DNA of 64,000 nt from assembly GCA_963662465.1 (NCBI GenBank), contig OY759599.1:7360001-7424000 (forward strand), written 5' to 3'. Made by a program: the position numbers and the translations under genes. This stretch comes from Desulfatiglandales bacterium (GTDB lineage Bacteria; Desulfobacterota; DSM-4660; Desulfatiglandales; Desulfatiglandaceae). This document shows positions 40,001 through 49,492 of the stretch, piece after piece; the stretch's first letter is position 1; the number at the start of each line of letters is the position of its first letter. Below the pieces are notes generated by a model. The model saw only the letters and a program-made list of their open reading frames with translations, was not told the origin of the DNA and made no database searches.

Positions 40001-41632
40001 TTATTCCAGCCGTAGTTTCTTCCGGTCCACCTGATAGCCATACCCCACCCGTCGCAGCTCCCGGTTGAAATCCATTCCCTGGTCGGAAAACTTATCGACG
40101 CCCTCAATCACGTAAAACTGCAGATACTCGGGTTCACAGGGCGCCTCATGGAGTTTGATGTTGGTATATTTCTTTCCCTCAAGCGCCTTTCGATTGTTGA
40201 ATTTGTAATCGTAGACCTCCTTGAAAGAGGCTTCCCCCGGGGGTGCGAAATTCAGGTTGTCGCCATAGAGCCAGGCATAAAAATCCTTGCGGTTGTTCTG
40301 GGCCCAAATCTCCTCGGCCACCCGGCTCTTGGTGTGGCGAAAGGCAATATAATACTGAATCCCCATCACCTCATCATTGCCGTCGCCTTTCAGATCAAAC
40401 ACATCATAACAGTGGGACAGACTTCGATAATGCTTGATTCCTTCCATGCCTTCGGAAGTCGACGGCAGCATCTCCCGAAACTCCGTCAGATGCCCGGCAT
40501 TGAGGCGGGTACAGCCATGGGAGACGGGTCCCCGACTGGTGATGGATACCCGGTTGAAGGGTTTGCCGTTTCGACTGCCCGTCGTCACTTTCCGCCAGCT
40601 TTCCGGAAGCAGGTGATGGCCTGCGATCCAGCAGCTGATGCCGGGGTTGTGAATGGCGTTATAGGCAATGCCGCCGCCATACTCGTAAGGCAGCATGGGC
40701 ATCATGCCGTAATAACCGGCTGATGAGATGTAGTCCACCATCCCCAGAATGCCTTTTCCGTGCTTTCGAGGAATCAGTTGCCAGATCCCGTTAGTGGTGT
40801 ACATGGGCATGACCTGGCCGTCATGGGTGGTTGTTTTGTCATAGGTGCCGGCAGGATAAATGCTGGTAAACTCGTAATAATCCAGCATGCCGTTCTTGAC
40901 GGTATAAATGCCGTCAGTGACGGCATCGAAAAAATCTTCTGCTTTAAGCCGAAAGGCCTTCATATCACCCGATTTGGCCAGGGTCACCAACTCACCGAAT
41001 GCGGCATCCTGGGATGCGGTCAATTCGTGAAGGAAAATGCGATGGGGAAAAAAGTCGTTGATCAGGTCCAGTTTGGCTTGAAGGTCGGCAAGTTTTGGAG
41101 AATCCTTGAGCAGTTTTGCAAAAGCATCCGCCATTTTGTTGAAATCCTTTTGGATATGGAACAACCTCCCCGGAGCGAGCTTGTCCAGATAGGTCAGGTT
41201 GAGTTCCCGCCAGGCTTTTTCATCCAGTTCCCCCTTCTTTTTGACCAGCTCATGGAGCTTTTCATCTGTCACCTTTTGATGATAGGCTTCCCACGCCAGA
41301 TTGGATGTGAGTTTAATAATCTTTTTATCAATGACCTCTTTGTAAAGATCATGGCGGGCCACCTGGTCCGTCAGGTAATTGTCGATGGTCTTGTCGGAAA
41401 GGACCATTCGCACCCGAACCTGGTTGCCGCGCCCCAAATGAATTTTAATTCGCTTCCGTTCTTGCACCCGAGGCGCAAATCCCGTATAGAAATTGGGATC
41501 GTAATTATTGAAGAACACGCCGTAGGGTTTCTCGTTGGTCCACCGGTCTCTGCTGAGCCCAAAAGCCGCACCGGAAAACATCCATACCGCTGAGAGAAAA
41601 AAACAAGCCGCCCACACCCATCGTTTAGACAT
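40001..41632 (-). CDS. Secreted protein with L,D-transpeptidase (YkuD)-like SHGC motif
   Basis: Signal peptide ending AAFG; 'AIHNPG...SRGPVSHGCTRL'; start overlaps regulator stop. Confidence 0.65.
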   Translation of the reverse strand: MSKRWVWAACFFLSAVWMFSGAAFGLSRDRWTNEKPYGVFFNNYDPNFYTGFAPRVQERKRIKIHLGRGNQVRVRMVLSDKTIDNYLTDQVARHDLYKEVIDKKIIKLTSNLAWEAYHQKVTDEKLHELVKKKGELDEKAWRELNLTYLDKLAPGRLFHIQKDFNKMADAFAKLLKDSPKLADLQAKLDLINDFFPHRIFLHELTASQDAAFGELVTLAKSGDMKAFRLKAEDFFDAVTDGIYTVKNGMLDYYEFTSIYPAGTYDKTTTHDGQVMPMYTTNGIWQLIPRKHGKGILGMVDYISSAGYYGMMPMLPYEYGGGIAYNAIHNPGISCWIAGHHLLPESWRKVTTGSRNGKPFNRVSITSRGPVSHGCTRLNAGHLTEFREMLPSTSEGMEGIKHYRSLSHCYDVFDLKGDGNDEVMGIQYYIAFRHTKSRVAEEIWAQNNRKDFYAWLYGDNLNFAPPGEASFKEVYDYKFNNRKALEGKKYTNIKLHEAPCEPEYLQFYVIEGVDKFSDQGMDFNRELRRVGYGYQVDRKKLRLE

Positions 41633-43067
41633 CTGTTGCCTCCTTCACTGAGGTTTTAAATTTCAAATGGTATTTGTCGATTTTGGAGTGCAGGGTGGGT
41701 CTTGAAAGCCCCAGTAGTTTGGCTGCCTGAGAACGATTGCCCCCTGTTATATTGAGTGCTTCGCTGATCATCAGGCCGGCAAATCGATCCATGCAGGCAT
41801 CGAAAATGTGGTTTTCATCCCTGACGCTCAAGGCCTCGCGCACCCATTTCCGGATAGCCTCATCATCGGCCATGCCGTCAGTGGGACTCCCCCCATGCCC
41901 CTTTTCACTGATGGCCTGCACAATGTCTTTGGCAGCCACGGGCGCGCCCCTGTTGAAAATAAGGGTCTTCTGGATGGCATTCTGCATTTCCCTCACATTG
42001 CCGGGCCATGGATAGTGTTTGAGCGCAACCATGGCCTCATCCAATATCCCGGGGTTGGCCATGGCCGCATTCGCAGCGCATCTGGCAAGGAAATACCGGG
42101 CCAGCAACGGAACGTCGTCGCACCTGTCTCGAAGCGGCGGCAACCAGATGGTTACCACTTTCAGCCGGTAATACAGATCTTCCCGAAATCGTCCCAGGGA
42201 GAGGGCTTTCTCCAAATCCCGGTTGGTGGCGGCAATGATTCGCACGTCCACTGAAATGGTCTCCCTGCCGCCTAATCGCTCAATGCTTCGCTCCTGAAGA
42301 AGCCGAAGTATCTTGGCCTGAATGCCCTCCGGCATATCACCGATTTCATCCAGGAACACGGTCCCGCCGCCGGCTTGTTCGATCTTCCCCACACGGCGAT
42401 GGGACGCTCCCGTAAAGGCGCCTTTTTCATATCCGAAAAGCTCGCTCTCCAAAAGATTCTCCGGAATAGCCACACAGTTAATCACCAAAAAAGGTTTATC
42501 CGCTCGATGGCTGTGTTGATAGATGGCCCTGGCCACCAATTCCTTGCCGGTTCCGGACTCGCCCCGTATCAGCGCTGTGGCATCGGTGGGCGAGACCCTT
42601 CCGATGGCCTTATAAACATCCTGCATGGGTTTGCTTCTGCCGATAATGGCCTCCCCCGATACATTTTCGGGGGCGCCGTCCATATTTACGGGGGACCGCA
42701 TAAATCGGCCGGCCTCAAGGGCCTGTTTGATCACCCCCAGCATATCCGGGATATCAAAGGGTTTGAGGATATAATCAAAGGCGCCCATCTTGGTGGCTTC
42801 TATGGCGGTTTCCGTTGTGCCGAAAGCCGTCATCATGATCACCGGAAGCTTCGGCTCAATCCCATGGATTTCGGTGAATGTCTCAAGCCCGTTTATCCCG
42901 GGCAACCGCATATCCAGAATCACCAGATCCGGCAATCCACCCTTGATATGCTTGATGCCGGCTTCTCCGGAAGGGGCAACTGCCACAATATATCCCTCTT
43001 CCTTCAGCAGCTTTTCAAAACTGATGCGCAACTGGTCGTCGTCATCGACAATCAGGATCTTGCTCAA
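41625..43067 (-). CDS. Sigma-54-dependent NtrC/AtoC-family response regulator
   Basis: REC 'LIVDDD..LD', 'GESGTGKE', GAFTGA, 'FLDEIGD', C-terminal Fis HTH. Confidence 0.96.
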   Translation of the reverse strand: MSKILIVDDDDQLRISFEKLLKEEGYIVAVAPSGEAGIKHIKGGLPDLVILDMRLPGINGLETFTEIHGIEPKLPVIMMTAFGTTETAIEATKMGAFDYILKPFDIPDMLGVIKQALEAGRFMRSPVNMDGAPENVSGEAIIGRSKPMQDVYKAIGRVSPTDATALIRGESGTGKELVARAIYQHSHRADKPFLVINCVAIPENLLESELFGYEKGAFTGASHRRVGKIEQAGGGTVFLDEIGDMPEGIQAKILRLLQERSIERLGGRETISVDVRIIAATNRDLEKALSLGRFREDLYYRLKVVTIWLPPLRDRCDDVPLLARYFLARCAANAAMANPGILDEAMVALKHYPWPGNVREMQNAIQKTLIFNRGAPVAAKDIVQAISEKGHGGSPTDGMADDEAIRKWVREALSVRDENHIFDACMDRFAGLMISEALNITGGNRSQAAKLLGLSRPTLHSKIDKYHLKFKTSVKEATDV

Positions 43068-44553
43068 TATTCAACTCCTCAACATTCGGATTTACGGGAA
43101 TCAGGATTTCAAAGGTTGTGCCTTCTCCCGGGTTTGACATGCACCTGAGTTCTCCGCGATGCTCTTCCACAATACGGCTTGCAATGCTCAATCCCAATCC
43201 CGTGCCTTCTTCTTTGGTGGTGAAAAAGGGCTGAAATATCTTTTCTCGGATGGACGGCTCCATTCCGGGCCCATTATCCTCAAGTTTTATCCGAACTGCA
43301 AGTCCGTAGGGGGCGAGATGCGTTTTTTCTTCCGTAATCACGATGGCCCCTCCCTTTCCATTCATGGCCTGGCATGCATTTTCCACCAGGTTCACAAGGA
43401 CTTCTTTCAATTGCTCCGGGTCTCCTTCGATGGTCGGCAAGGATTCTCTTTCCCCGTGAACTTCAATGGAAACATTATAGGATTCAAGCCGATGCCGAAG
43501 CAATTGCAACACCATCTCCACCACATCCGAAGGGTTGATGCGCTGCATGATGAGTTTGGGAGGCCGAGAAAACTCCAGAAAATTCTGAACAATCGTATCG
43601 ATATGACGAATCTCCTCTGAAATTACCTGGAAATCGTCTTTCTGAGCGCTTGACATTTGAAGGGATCTGCCCAGGGAAAACATCCGCATCTTCACCGAGG
43701 TGAGGGGGTTTCGAATACTGTGCGCCATCCCCGCGGCCAATTTTCCCACCGATGCCATTTTTTCAGCCTGGAGCAGGGTCTCCCGACTTTTGAGGAGTTC
43801 ACTTTGGGTATCGTTCACATCGGCAAGAAGGTCATGGACGCTTAGACTCAGAGAGTTCATTTCGTTGCCGCCGTGGTCCGCGCCGCCCTTTCGGTCCGCT
43901 TCTTGCGTTATTTTGCGCAGCGGGGTCAGGATATAATGCATCAGCAAAAACGTCAGCAGCAAACCGATCACCAGGGACAGCAAGATGGCGGTAACGGTAA
44001 TAATCCTTAATTTTTCAGCCTGTTCGCAACTTATGCCCCTCAACTCTTCGATCCTCTCCCGGTGAAGTTTTTTGTATGCTTCACAAAAATCGAGGATCTT
44101 GAAAAACCGGTTGCGCACCCGTTTGTGGATTTCCGCGCCCTTTTTACGATTCCCTTCGATATAACAGGAAATCACCTGGTCTTTTACCGTAATGTAGTGG
44201 AGGTATTCCGATCCGATTTGATCGAGTGCCCGCTTTTGATACGCCGTTTCAATCAGTTTATAGGCTTTGCCGAGCTTTTCCTTGAAAACCTGGCGATGTT
44301 CCCCCAGCTGCCTCAGCCAATCGGGATCACCATCCAGAATATAGTAAGACAGGAAGCCTTTCTGGTTGACCAGCGCGATTTCCAGAGATTCAGCGGTTTG
44401 AAATGCTTCAAGATTTCGATCAATGATATCGGTCAAAAGCGCCTGCATGCGGTAGGTGTACCATACCATGACAAGCCCTCCAACCAGGGTTACCGATAAC
44501 AGGGACACTAAAAGGATGTAAAAACGGACCCTCAGGCTCGCTTTTTGCCACAT
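43042..44553 (-). CDS. Sensor histidine kinase with periplasmic four-helix sensor
   Basis: Two TM segments, H-box 'AAGMAHSIRNPL', N/G1/F/G2 boxes 'NLVENA','DNGPG','FQPFFTTK','GTGLGL'. Confidence 0.95.
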   Translation of the reverse strand: MWQKASLRVRFYILLVSLLSVTLVGGLVMVWYTYRMQALLTDIIDRNLEAFQTAESLEIALVNQKGFLSYYILDGDPDWLRQLGEHRQVFKEKLGKAYKLIETAYQKRALDQIGSEYLHYITVKDQVISCYIEGNRKKGAEIHKRVRNRFFKILDFCEAYKKLHRERIEELRGISCEQAEKLRIITVTAILLSLVIGLLLTFLLMHYILTPLRKITQEADRKGGADHGGNEMNSLSLSVHDLLADVNDTQSELLKSRETLLQAEKMASVGKLAAGMAHSIRNPLTSVKMRMFSLGRSLQMSSAQKDDFQVISEEIRHIDTIVQNFLEFSRPPKLIMQRINPSDVVEMVLQLLRHRLESYNVSIEVHGERESLPTIEGDPEQLKEVLVNLVENACQAMNGKGGAIVITEEKTHLAPYGLAVRIKLEDNGPGMEPSIREKIFQPFFTTKEEGTGLGLSIASRIVEEHRGELRCMSNPGEGTTFEILIPVNPNVEELNIEQDPDCR

Positions 44554-44752
44554 TTTTTAATCCTCTCATCAATTATGGAAACAGACCGGCATACCCAACA
44601 AACGGGTTTTGCTCTTGCCTAGCCTAATATCATGTATTATATTCATCAATTGTTTTTTTGGCTATGGTTAAAGTGTTCAGGTTCTTCGGCATATTCTCCC
44701 TGGCGCAAAAAAAGCGTCCGCCCCCCCAATTTTTACAAAAGAGAAAACCATC

Positions 44753-45250
44753 ATGAAAGATCAGCTCTTGTGCCCACACTGCGGAAAACCGGTTTTCCGA
44801 TATCGCAATCCTTTTCCAACTGTGGACATCATTATTGAAACCGAATGTTACGCCCCAAACGGCATCGTTGAAACAGGGGAACAGGAGTCCCGCGAAAGCG
44901 GCATTGTTTTGATAAAGCGGAAGAATCCGCCCCACGGCTGGGCCCTGCCCGGCGGTTTTGTGGACTACGGAGAAACCCTTGAGTCGGCTGCCGTTAGGGA
45001 AGCACGCGAAGAAACATGCCTGAATGTGGTTCTTTCATATCAACTGGGTGCTTATTCCGATCCATCAAGGGATCCCAGGCATCATTCCATTTCCGTGGTT
45101 TTTGTTGCAAAGGCCGCGGGAAAGCCGACAGCAGCCGACGATGCGGCGGAAGTCGGTATTTTCAAGGCGGACGCCCTTCCGGAACCGCTGGTTTTCGATC
45201 ATGAAAAAATCCTGAGAGACTATTTCAAAAAATGCGGCAAAAAAGGCTGA
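44753..45250 (+). CDS. NUDIX hydrolase
   Basis: Nudix box '[22 protein letters not shown]', 'RDPR'. Confidence 0.93.
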   Translation: MKDQLLCPHCGKPVFRYRNPFPTVDIIIETECYAPNGIVETGEQESRESGIVLIKRKNPPHGWALPGGFVDYGETLESAAVREAREETCLNVVLSYQLGAYSDPSRDPRHHSISVVFVAKAAGKPTAADDAAEVGIFKADALPEPLVFDHEKILRDYFKKCGKKG

Positions 45251-48200
45251 AAACCATTCTTTTGCCGGTTCTTCTCTTTTTGTCGTTATTCGTTTTTCTG
45301 GCACTCTTCGATTTTCTCATCCACACCGATCCGGTGCAACGCTATCTTTTGGGGCAACTGTCGCGGGCCATAGGCTATGAACTCCATGCTGAAACGGTAA
45401 CCTTCAGCTTTTCCCACGGAATCGGCATCAGAGCCCGTAATTTCAGTGTGTCCACGCCTGGGGGAAATGAGAAAGCGGGGGCTTCCAGGATCAGGATGGA
45501 TTTTGATTTGGGGGAACTTTTGAAGGGACGGGTCGTCCCTACGGAACTGGTAATCCTTGACCCCAAAATCCACTTGGCGGCTCAAAAGAACCGGGGATTT
45601 TCCTTTCAGGGAAAAAAACCGGTTTTAGAAAAATCCCATATGGAAATATTGGCGGCATTCCCACTGGTTTCCCTGGAAAATGCCCATGTTGTTCTGGAAA
45701 AAGCAGGCTTGACATTAAAAAAACTGAACATTCGCCTGACCCGGAAATCAAAGCATCCAATTCTTCTGGATGTTTCCATGGCGGGAACAGCCTTTTACAA
45801 TGGGGCAATGGCGCCCTTTTCCGGAAAAGGGGTGATTTCAGAAGATGCTGAAACCGGCCTTTTTGTTGACGGGCGGTTCCATATGAAAGAAATTCCCCTG
45901 GCGCGCCTTCCCCTGCCGGACGATTTGCAGGTGAAAAGGGGGTCTGCGGAAATAAACGTCGCGGTGAAAGGCTTTTCGGATGGAACGCTGACACTTGATG
46001 GAAAACTGGTCTTCAGAGAACCGGCGTTTCTTCTGGTTGATGGCGGGGATAAAAAGGCTTTTGATTTTGATTGCCTCACGATTCCTTTTAATGCCGCCTA
46101 TGTGGATTCTGTGTTGAAAATACCCTTTTTTCAGATTCAAAACACCGCTTTTACGTTGAAGGGCGCCTCAACCTTCGATTTTACCACCCCTGGGGAGTCT
46201 CACCTGGATCTGATGGTAGAAAGCCCTTTTATGACACTGGCCGCATTCAAACGGATCTTCCCTTCATCACTCCTGCCAAGCTGGCTGGAAACCCGCATTT
46301 TCCCTATTTTTTCCGGCGGCAATGTCCGTGTGGACCTTTTTTCTCTCAATGGTCCGTGGCGCAGGCTCGAAAATCTTGATCTTCAGGAAAATGCTGATTT
46401 ATTGCGGTTGCAACTTACCTGCAATGGGTTCACGGCTTTTAACGATGAGCCGGGTTTGCAAGTGGATCGCGTTTCGGGCAACCTGGAAATCAGAAAGGGG
46501 GAAATTCATGTTTCCCAGGTCAATGGCCGTTTCGGACAATCGCGAATAGACTCCGGAAGCCTTTTTCTCAAGGATCTCTATGTGGATGACCCTTATGTCC
46601 GCGTGATGGTCGGGGGATCATTTCGGGTGGAAGACCTTCTGGCCCGAGCCCGCCTGAAACTGATTCCACCTGAGGTCCGCGCAAAAATCCTGGAAATTGA
46701 AGGCGCCGCCGGAAAACTGGACGGCAAGGTAAACATTGTGTACGAGCCGGAATGGCATTTTCCAAAAATGGAAACGGGCGTCATCATGTTTTCGGATGGC
46801 GCCCTCAATGACCCGAACATTCCTTTTCCGGTTCTGATCAAGGAAGGGACGCTCAAAATTACCCCTGAAGGGGGGACATTTGTTGCGGAAGGACAGTGGG
46901 GCAAATCAAGGTTGAGCGCTTCCGGAAACCTGGGGGCCGACTGGCAAACCGGGGAAGCGCATTTGGTCGCCATGGCGGATATGGAGGAACTGCTGGGTCA
47001 TTTTTATCCGGATCTACAGACATCCATGGCCTTCAAAAACCGGATCCCCTGCCAGGTGAGCCTCTCCAAAAAGAAAAACTGGACCTTCCATGGGGCACTT
47101 GACCTGAAACAGGCCCTCCTTGAAACGGAATCCATGACCATTGATCCCTTCGGCAATGAGGGCGGCATTCTTTTCAGCGGCATCGTTGTACCGGAGAAAC
47201 AGTTCACCCTGAGGAATCTGCAATGCAACCTGGGGCAATCATCCTTTGCACTGAGCGGCGCCTATGACCTGGCGAACAGAGATGCCTTTAACTTTAATGT
47301 ATCCAGCAAGAAACTTCGGCTTGAAGATCTGGGAATTCGATTTAAAAAAGGGAACTTCAGCGCTAAAGGGGACCTCAAATGTAAGATTTCGGCCACCGCC
47401 TCTCGCCAAAACCCATCAAACACCCGGTTGACCGGACGAATGGAGGGACAAGCGCTCTCTTTTGCCACAAGGGCTTTTCCCCACCCCATAACGGACTGCA
47501 ATTTTCAGTTGAACTTTGCGGGAAAGGACGTTTTTATTGAGTCTCTCGCACTCAAACTGGGAAAGAGTCCCATTCATTTGAAAGGGGAGTTTCAGGGATG
47601 GGATGGCATGACGGGGGAAATGATTGTTCGCTCCGAGTTCCTGGACCTTAACGATCTGATTCCGGAGGAAATGGCGGAAAAATTCGAGAAAGGGAATTTT
47701 GAACGGGTACTCAAAAATATAGGCAAGGGCGTCAATGTCGGAAGCGTCAAAATGGAACCCGGTTGGAAAAAAGGCGCCCATCATTTTGTGGAAACATCGG
47801 ATGTTCATTTCAATATAACGGCTCCCAGGGTTCGCTGGGAAGAGGCCGAATTCGGTCCTCTCAAAATTGAATGCGCCCTACGTTCCAAGGACCTTTATAT
47901 AAACCGGTCTAGTCTGCGGTTTGAACGGGGAAAACTCCTGTTGCGGGGACATGTGAAGCGGGGAGAAAAGCCCGAAACGCTTTTCACCAGCTACCTGGAA
48001 ATGGTCCAACAACCCCTGGAAGACTTACCATCGCCCCTTGCATTCGTTAAAAGCCGTCTGGAGGGCAAACTAACCATGGAATCTTTGCTTTTTGCGCGGG
48101 GAAACACAACGGAAGACCTGCTTTCGAGTTTCACGGGGAGTGCGAATGTTCTTCTGGAACAAGGGGTCGTGAGGAAAAGCAACGTCTTCATCAAAATCCT

Positions 48201-48714
48201 GGATGACATGAGTTTGACCCGGGTTTTTGAAACGAGACCTGAAAACCTGTCAAAGGACGGCCTCTATTTCCATCGCATCGAAGGTCGCATGGACATCGAA
48301 AAAGGGATCGTCAAAGCCGACAATCTGGCCATGGAAAGCCCTGTATTTAACGCTTTGGCAGAGGGGTGGGCCGACCTCCGCACCGGGATGATCAACGCCG
48401 AAATCGGCGTTCATCCGCTGGTCACGGCAGATCTCCTGGTGAGTAAAATTCCCATACTGGGGTACCTGTTGAGAGGAGACGACAATACCGTGGCGGCTGA
48501 ATATTTCCAGGTGGATGGAAAGATGTCGGATCCGGATGTCCGATACATGACCTTTAAGAGCATGAGCAATGGAACCTACAGCTTTTTTAAGCGATTGTTT
48601 CTTTCCCCTCAAAGACTTTTCCAAAATATCAGCGAAGCCGCCGGCGATTTTGAACAAAAGGGATTGTTGTTGCCGGATGAAAGTCTTCAACCGGAATACG
48701 ACATGGCAAAATGA
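45232..48714 (+). CDS. AsmA-like / YhdP-type envelope protein
   Basis: N-terminal TM anchor, long beta-rich body, C-terminal '[22 protein letters not shown]' AsmA_2-type end. Confidence 0.8.
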   Translation: MRQKRLKTILLPVLLFLSLFVFLALFDFLIHTDPVQRYLLGQLSRAIGYELHAETVTFSFSHGIGIRARNFSVSTPGGNEKAGASRIRMDFDLGELLKGRVVPTELVILDPKIHLAAQKNRGFSFQGKKPVLEKSHMEILAAFPLVSLENAHVVLEKAGLTLKKLNIRLTRKSKHPILLDVSMAGTAFYNGAMAPFSGKGVISEDAETGLFVDGRFHMKEIPLARLPLPDDLQVKRGSAEINVAVKGFSDGTLTLDGKLVFREPAFLLVDGGDKKAFDFDCLTIPFNAAYVDSVLKIPFFQIQNTAFTLKGASTFDFTTPGESHLDLMVESPFMTLAAFKRIFPSSLLPSWLETRIFPIFSGGNVRVDLFSLNGPWRRLENLDLQENADLLRLQLTCNGFTAFNDEPGLQVDRVSGNLEIRKGEIHVSQVNGRFGQSRIDSGSLFLKDLYVDDPYVRVMVGGSFRVEDLLARARLKLIPPEVRAKILEIEGAAGKLDGKVNIVYEPEWHFPKMETGVIMFSDGALNDPNIPFPVLIKEGTLKITPEGGTFVAEGQWGKSRLSASGNLGADWQTGEAHLVAMADMEELLGHFYPDLQTSMAFKNRIPCQVSLSKKKNWTFHGALDLKQALLETESMTIDPFGNEGGILFSGIVVPEKQFTLRNLQCNLGQSSFALSGAYDLANRDAFNFNVSSKKLRLEDLGIRFKKGNFSAKGDLKCKISATASRQNPSNTRLTGRMEGQALSFATRAFPHPITDCNFQLNFAGKDVFIESLALKLGKSPIHLKGEFQGWDGMTGEMIVRSEFLDLNDLIPEEMAEKFEKGNFERVLKNIGKGVNVGSVKMEPGWKKGAHHFVETSDVHFNITAPRVRWEEAEFGPLKIECALRSKDLYINRSSLRFERGKLLLRGHVKRGEKPETLFTSYLEMVQQPLEDLPSPLAFVKSRLEGKLTMESLLFARGNTTEDLLSSFTGSANVLLEQGVVRKSNVFIKILDDMSLTRVFETRPENLSKDGLYFHRIEGRMDIEKGIVKADNLAMESPVFNALAEGWADLRTGMINAEIGVHPLVTADLLVSKIPILGYLLRGDDNTVAAEYFQVDGKMSDPDVRYMTFKSMSNGTYSFFKRLFLSPQRLFQNISEAAGDFEQKGLLLPDESLQPEYDMAK

Positions 48715-48730
48715 CCCCAAAGAAAGCGCC

Positions 48731-48759
48731 TTGACATGTAACCCTATGGTGGATACAAT
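48731..48759 (+). promoter_or_regulatory. Sigma-70 promoter of the toxin-antitoxin operon
   Basis: TTGACA-17 nt-TACAAT; followed by a repeated ataatat (possible operator). Confidence 0.7.
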
Positions 48760-48796
48760 CGATAATATCAATAATATGACATTGGAGGTCCTGTTC

Positions 48797-49057
48797 ATGG
48801 CCACACAAAGAATAGCCATTACGATCCCCCCACCTTTCCTTAAAAGGCTGGATGAATGGGCTAATAAAATGGGTCAATCAAGGAGTCGTTTCATTGTAGA
48901 GGAACTGGACAACAGGTTGAAAGTGCTTGAAGACGAGGAAATTACGAAAATGTATAATGAAGTTTGCACTGACCTGGACGCCTCAGCATACGACCATGAG
49001 ATTGCGGAGGAAATGCTTGGCGCAAGTTCAATTCAGGAAGAGGCGGAAAAATGGTAG
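48797..49057 (+). CDS. CopG/RHH-family antitoxin
   Basis: 'MATQRIAITIP..LDEWA..SRSRFI', acidic C-terminus, GGAGG RBS, overlaps toxin start. Confidence 0.85.
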   Translation: MATQRIAITIPPPFLKRLDEWANKMGQSRSRFIVEELDNRLKVLEDEEITKMYNEVCTDLDASAYDHEIAEEMLGASSIQEEAEKW

Positions 49058-49404
49058 TCTGTCAGGGTGATGTTTTTTGGGCCAGTCTCTCTCCAAAAAC
49101 CGGATCTGAGCCGGCTTACAAAAGACCCGTAGTGGTCGTCCAAAGGGATTCCATCAATCGCAGTAAATTTCGCACTGTCGTGATTATACCGCTTACAAAG
49201 CAAATCAAGCACGTTGCCCTGCCGGGAAATGTTCTTATTTCAAAAGGTGAAGCGAATCTCCCAAGACCAAGCTTGGCGAGGGGAACTCATATGATGGTAC
49301 TTGATAAAAGCCGGTTGATTGAAAAAATTGGAACACTCTCCCAAAAAAGAATCAACGAAATCATCGACAGTATCATCTGGATCCTTGGCGTAACCTGTCA
49401 TTAA
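49051..49404 (+). CDS. mazF: PemK/MazF-family endoribonuclease toxin
   Basis: 'QGDVFWASL.P..GSEP..RPVVVVQ','PLT','LDKSRLIEKIGTL'. Confidence 0.92.
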   Translation: MVVCQGDVFWASLSPKTGSEPAYKRPVVVVQRDSINRSKFRTVVIIPLTKQIKHVALPGNVLISKGEANLPRPSLARGTHMMVLDKSRLIEKIGTLSQKRINEIIDSIIWILGVTCH

Positions 49405-49492
49405 ACGATTCTTAAATTCTACATCCTACTTGAATTTTGTGAAACATGATTAAAGACAACCGTTCAAATAGAAACACTCAGAGGATTGCCTC

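Noticed and set aside
40148..43620. Several 150-280-aa plus-strand ORFs
   Set aside because: All lie opposite well-supported minus-strand genes and lack motifs.
44554..44752. Sigma-54 promoter near the two-component genes
   Set aside because: No convincing TGGCAC-N5-TTGC with correct spacing on either strand.
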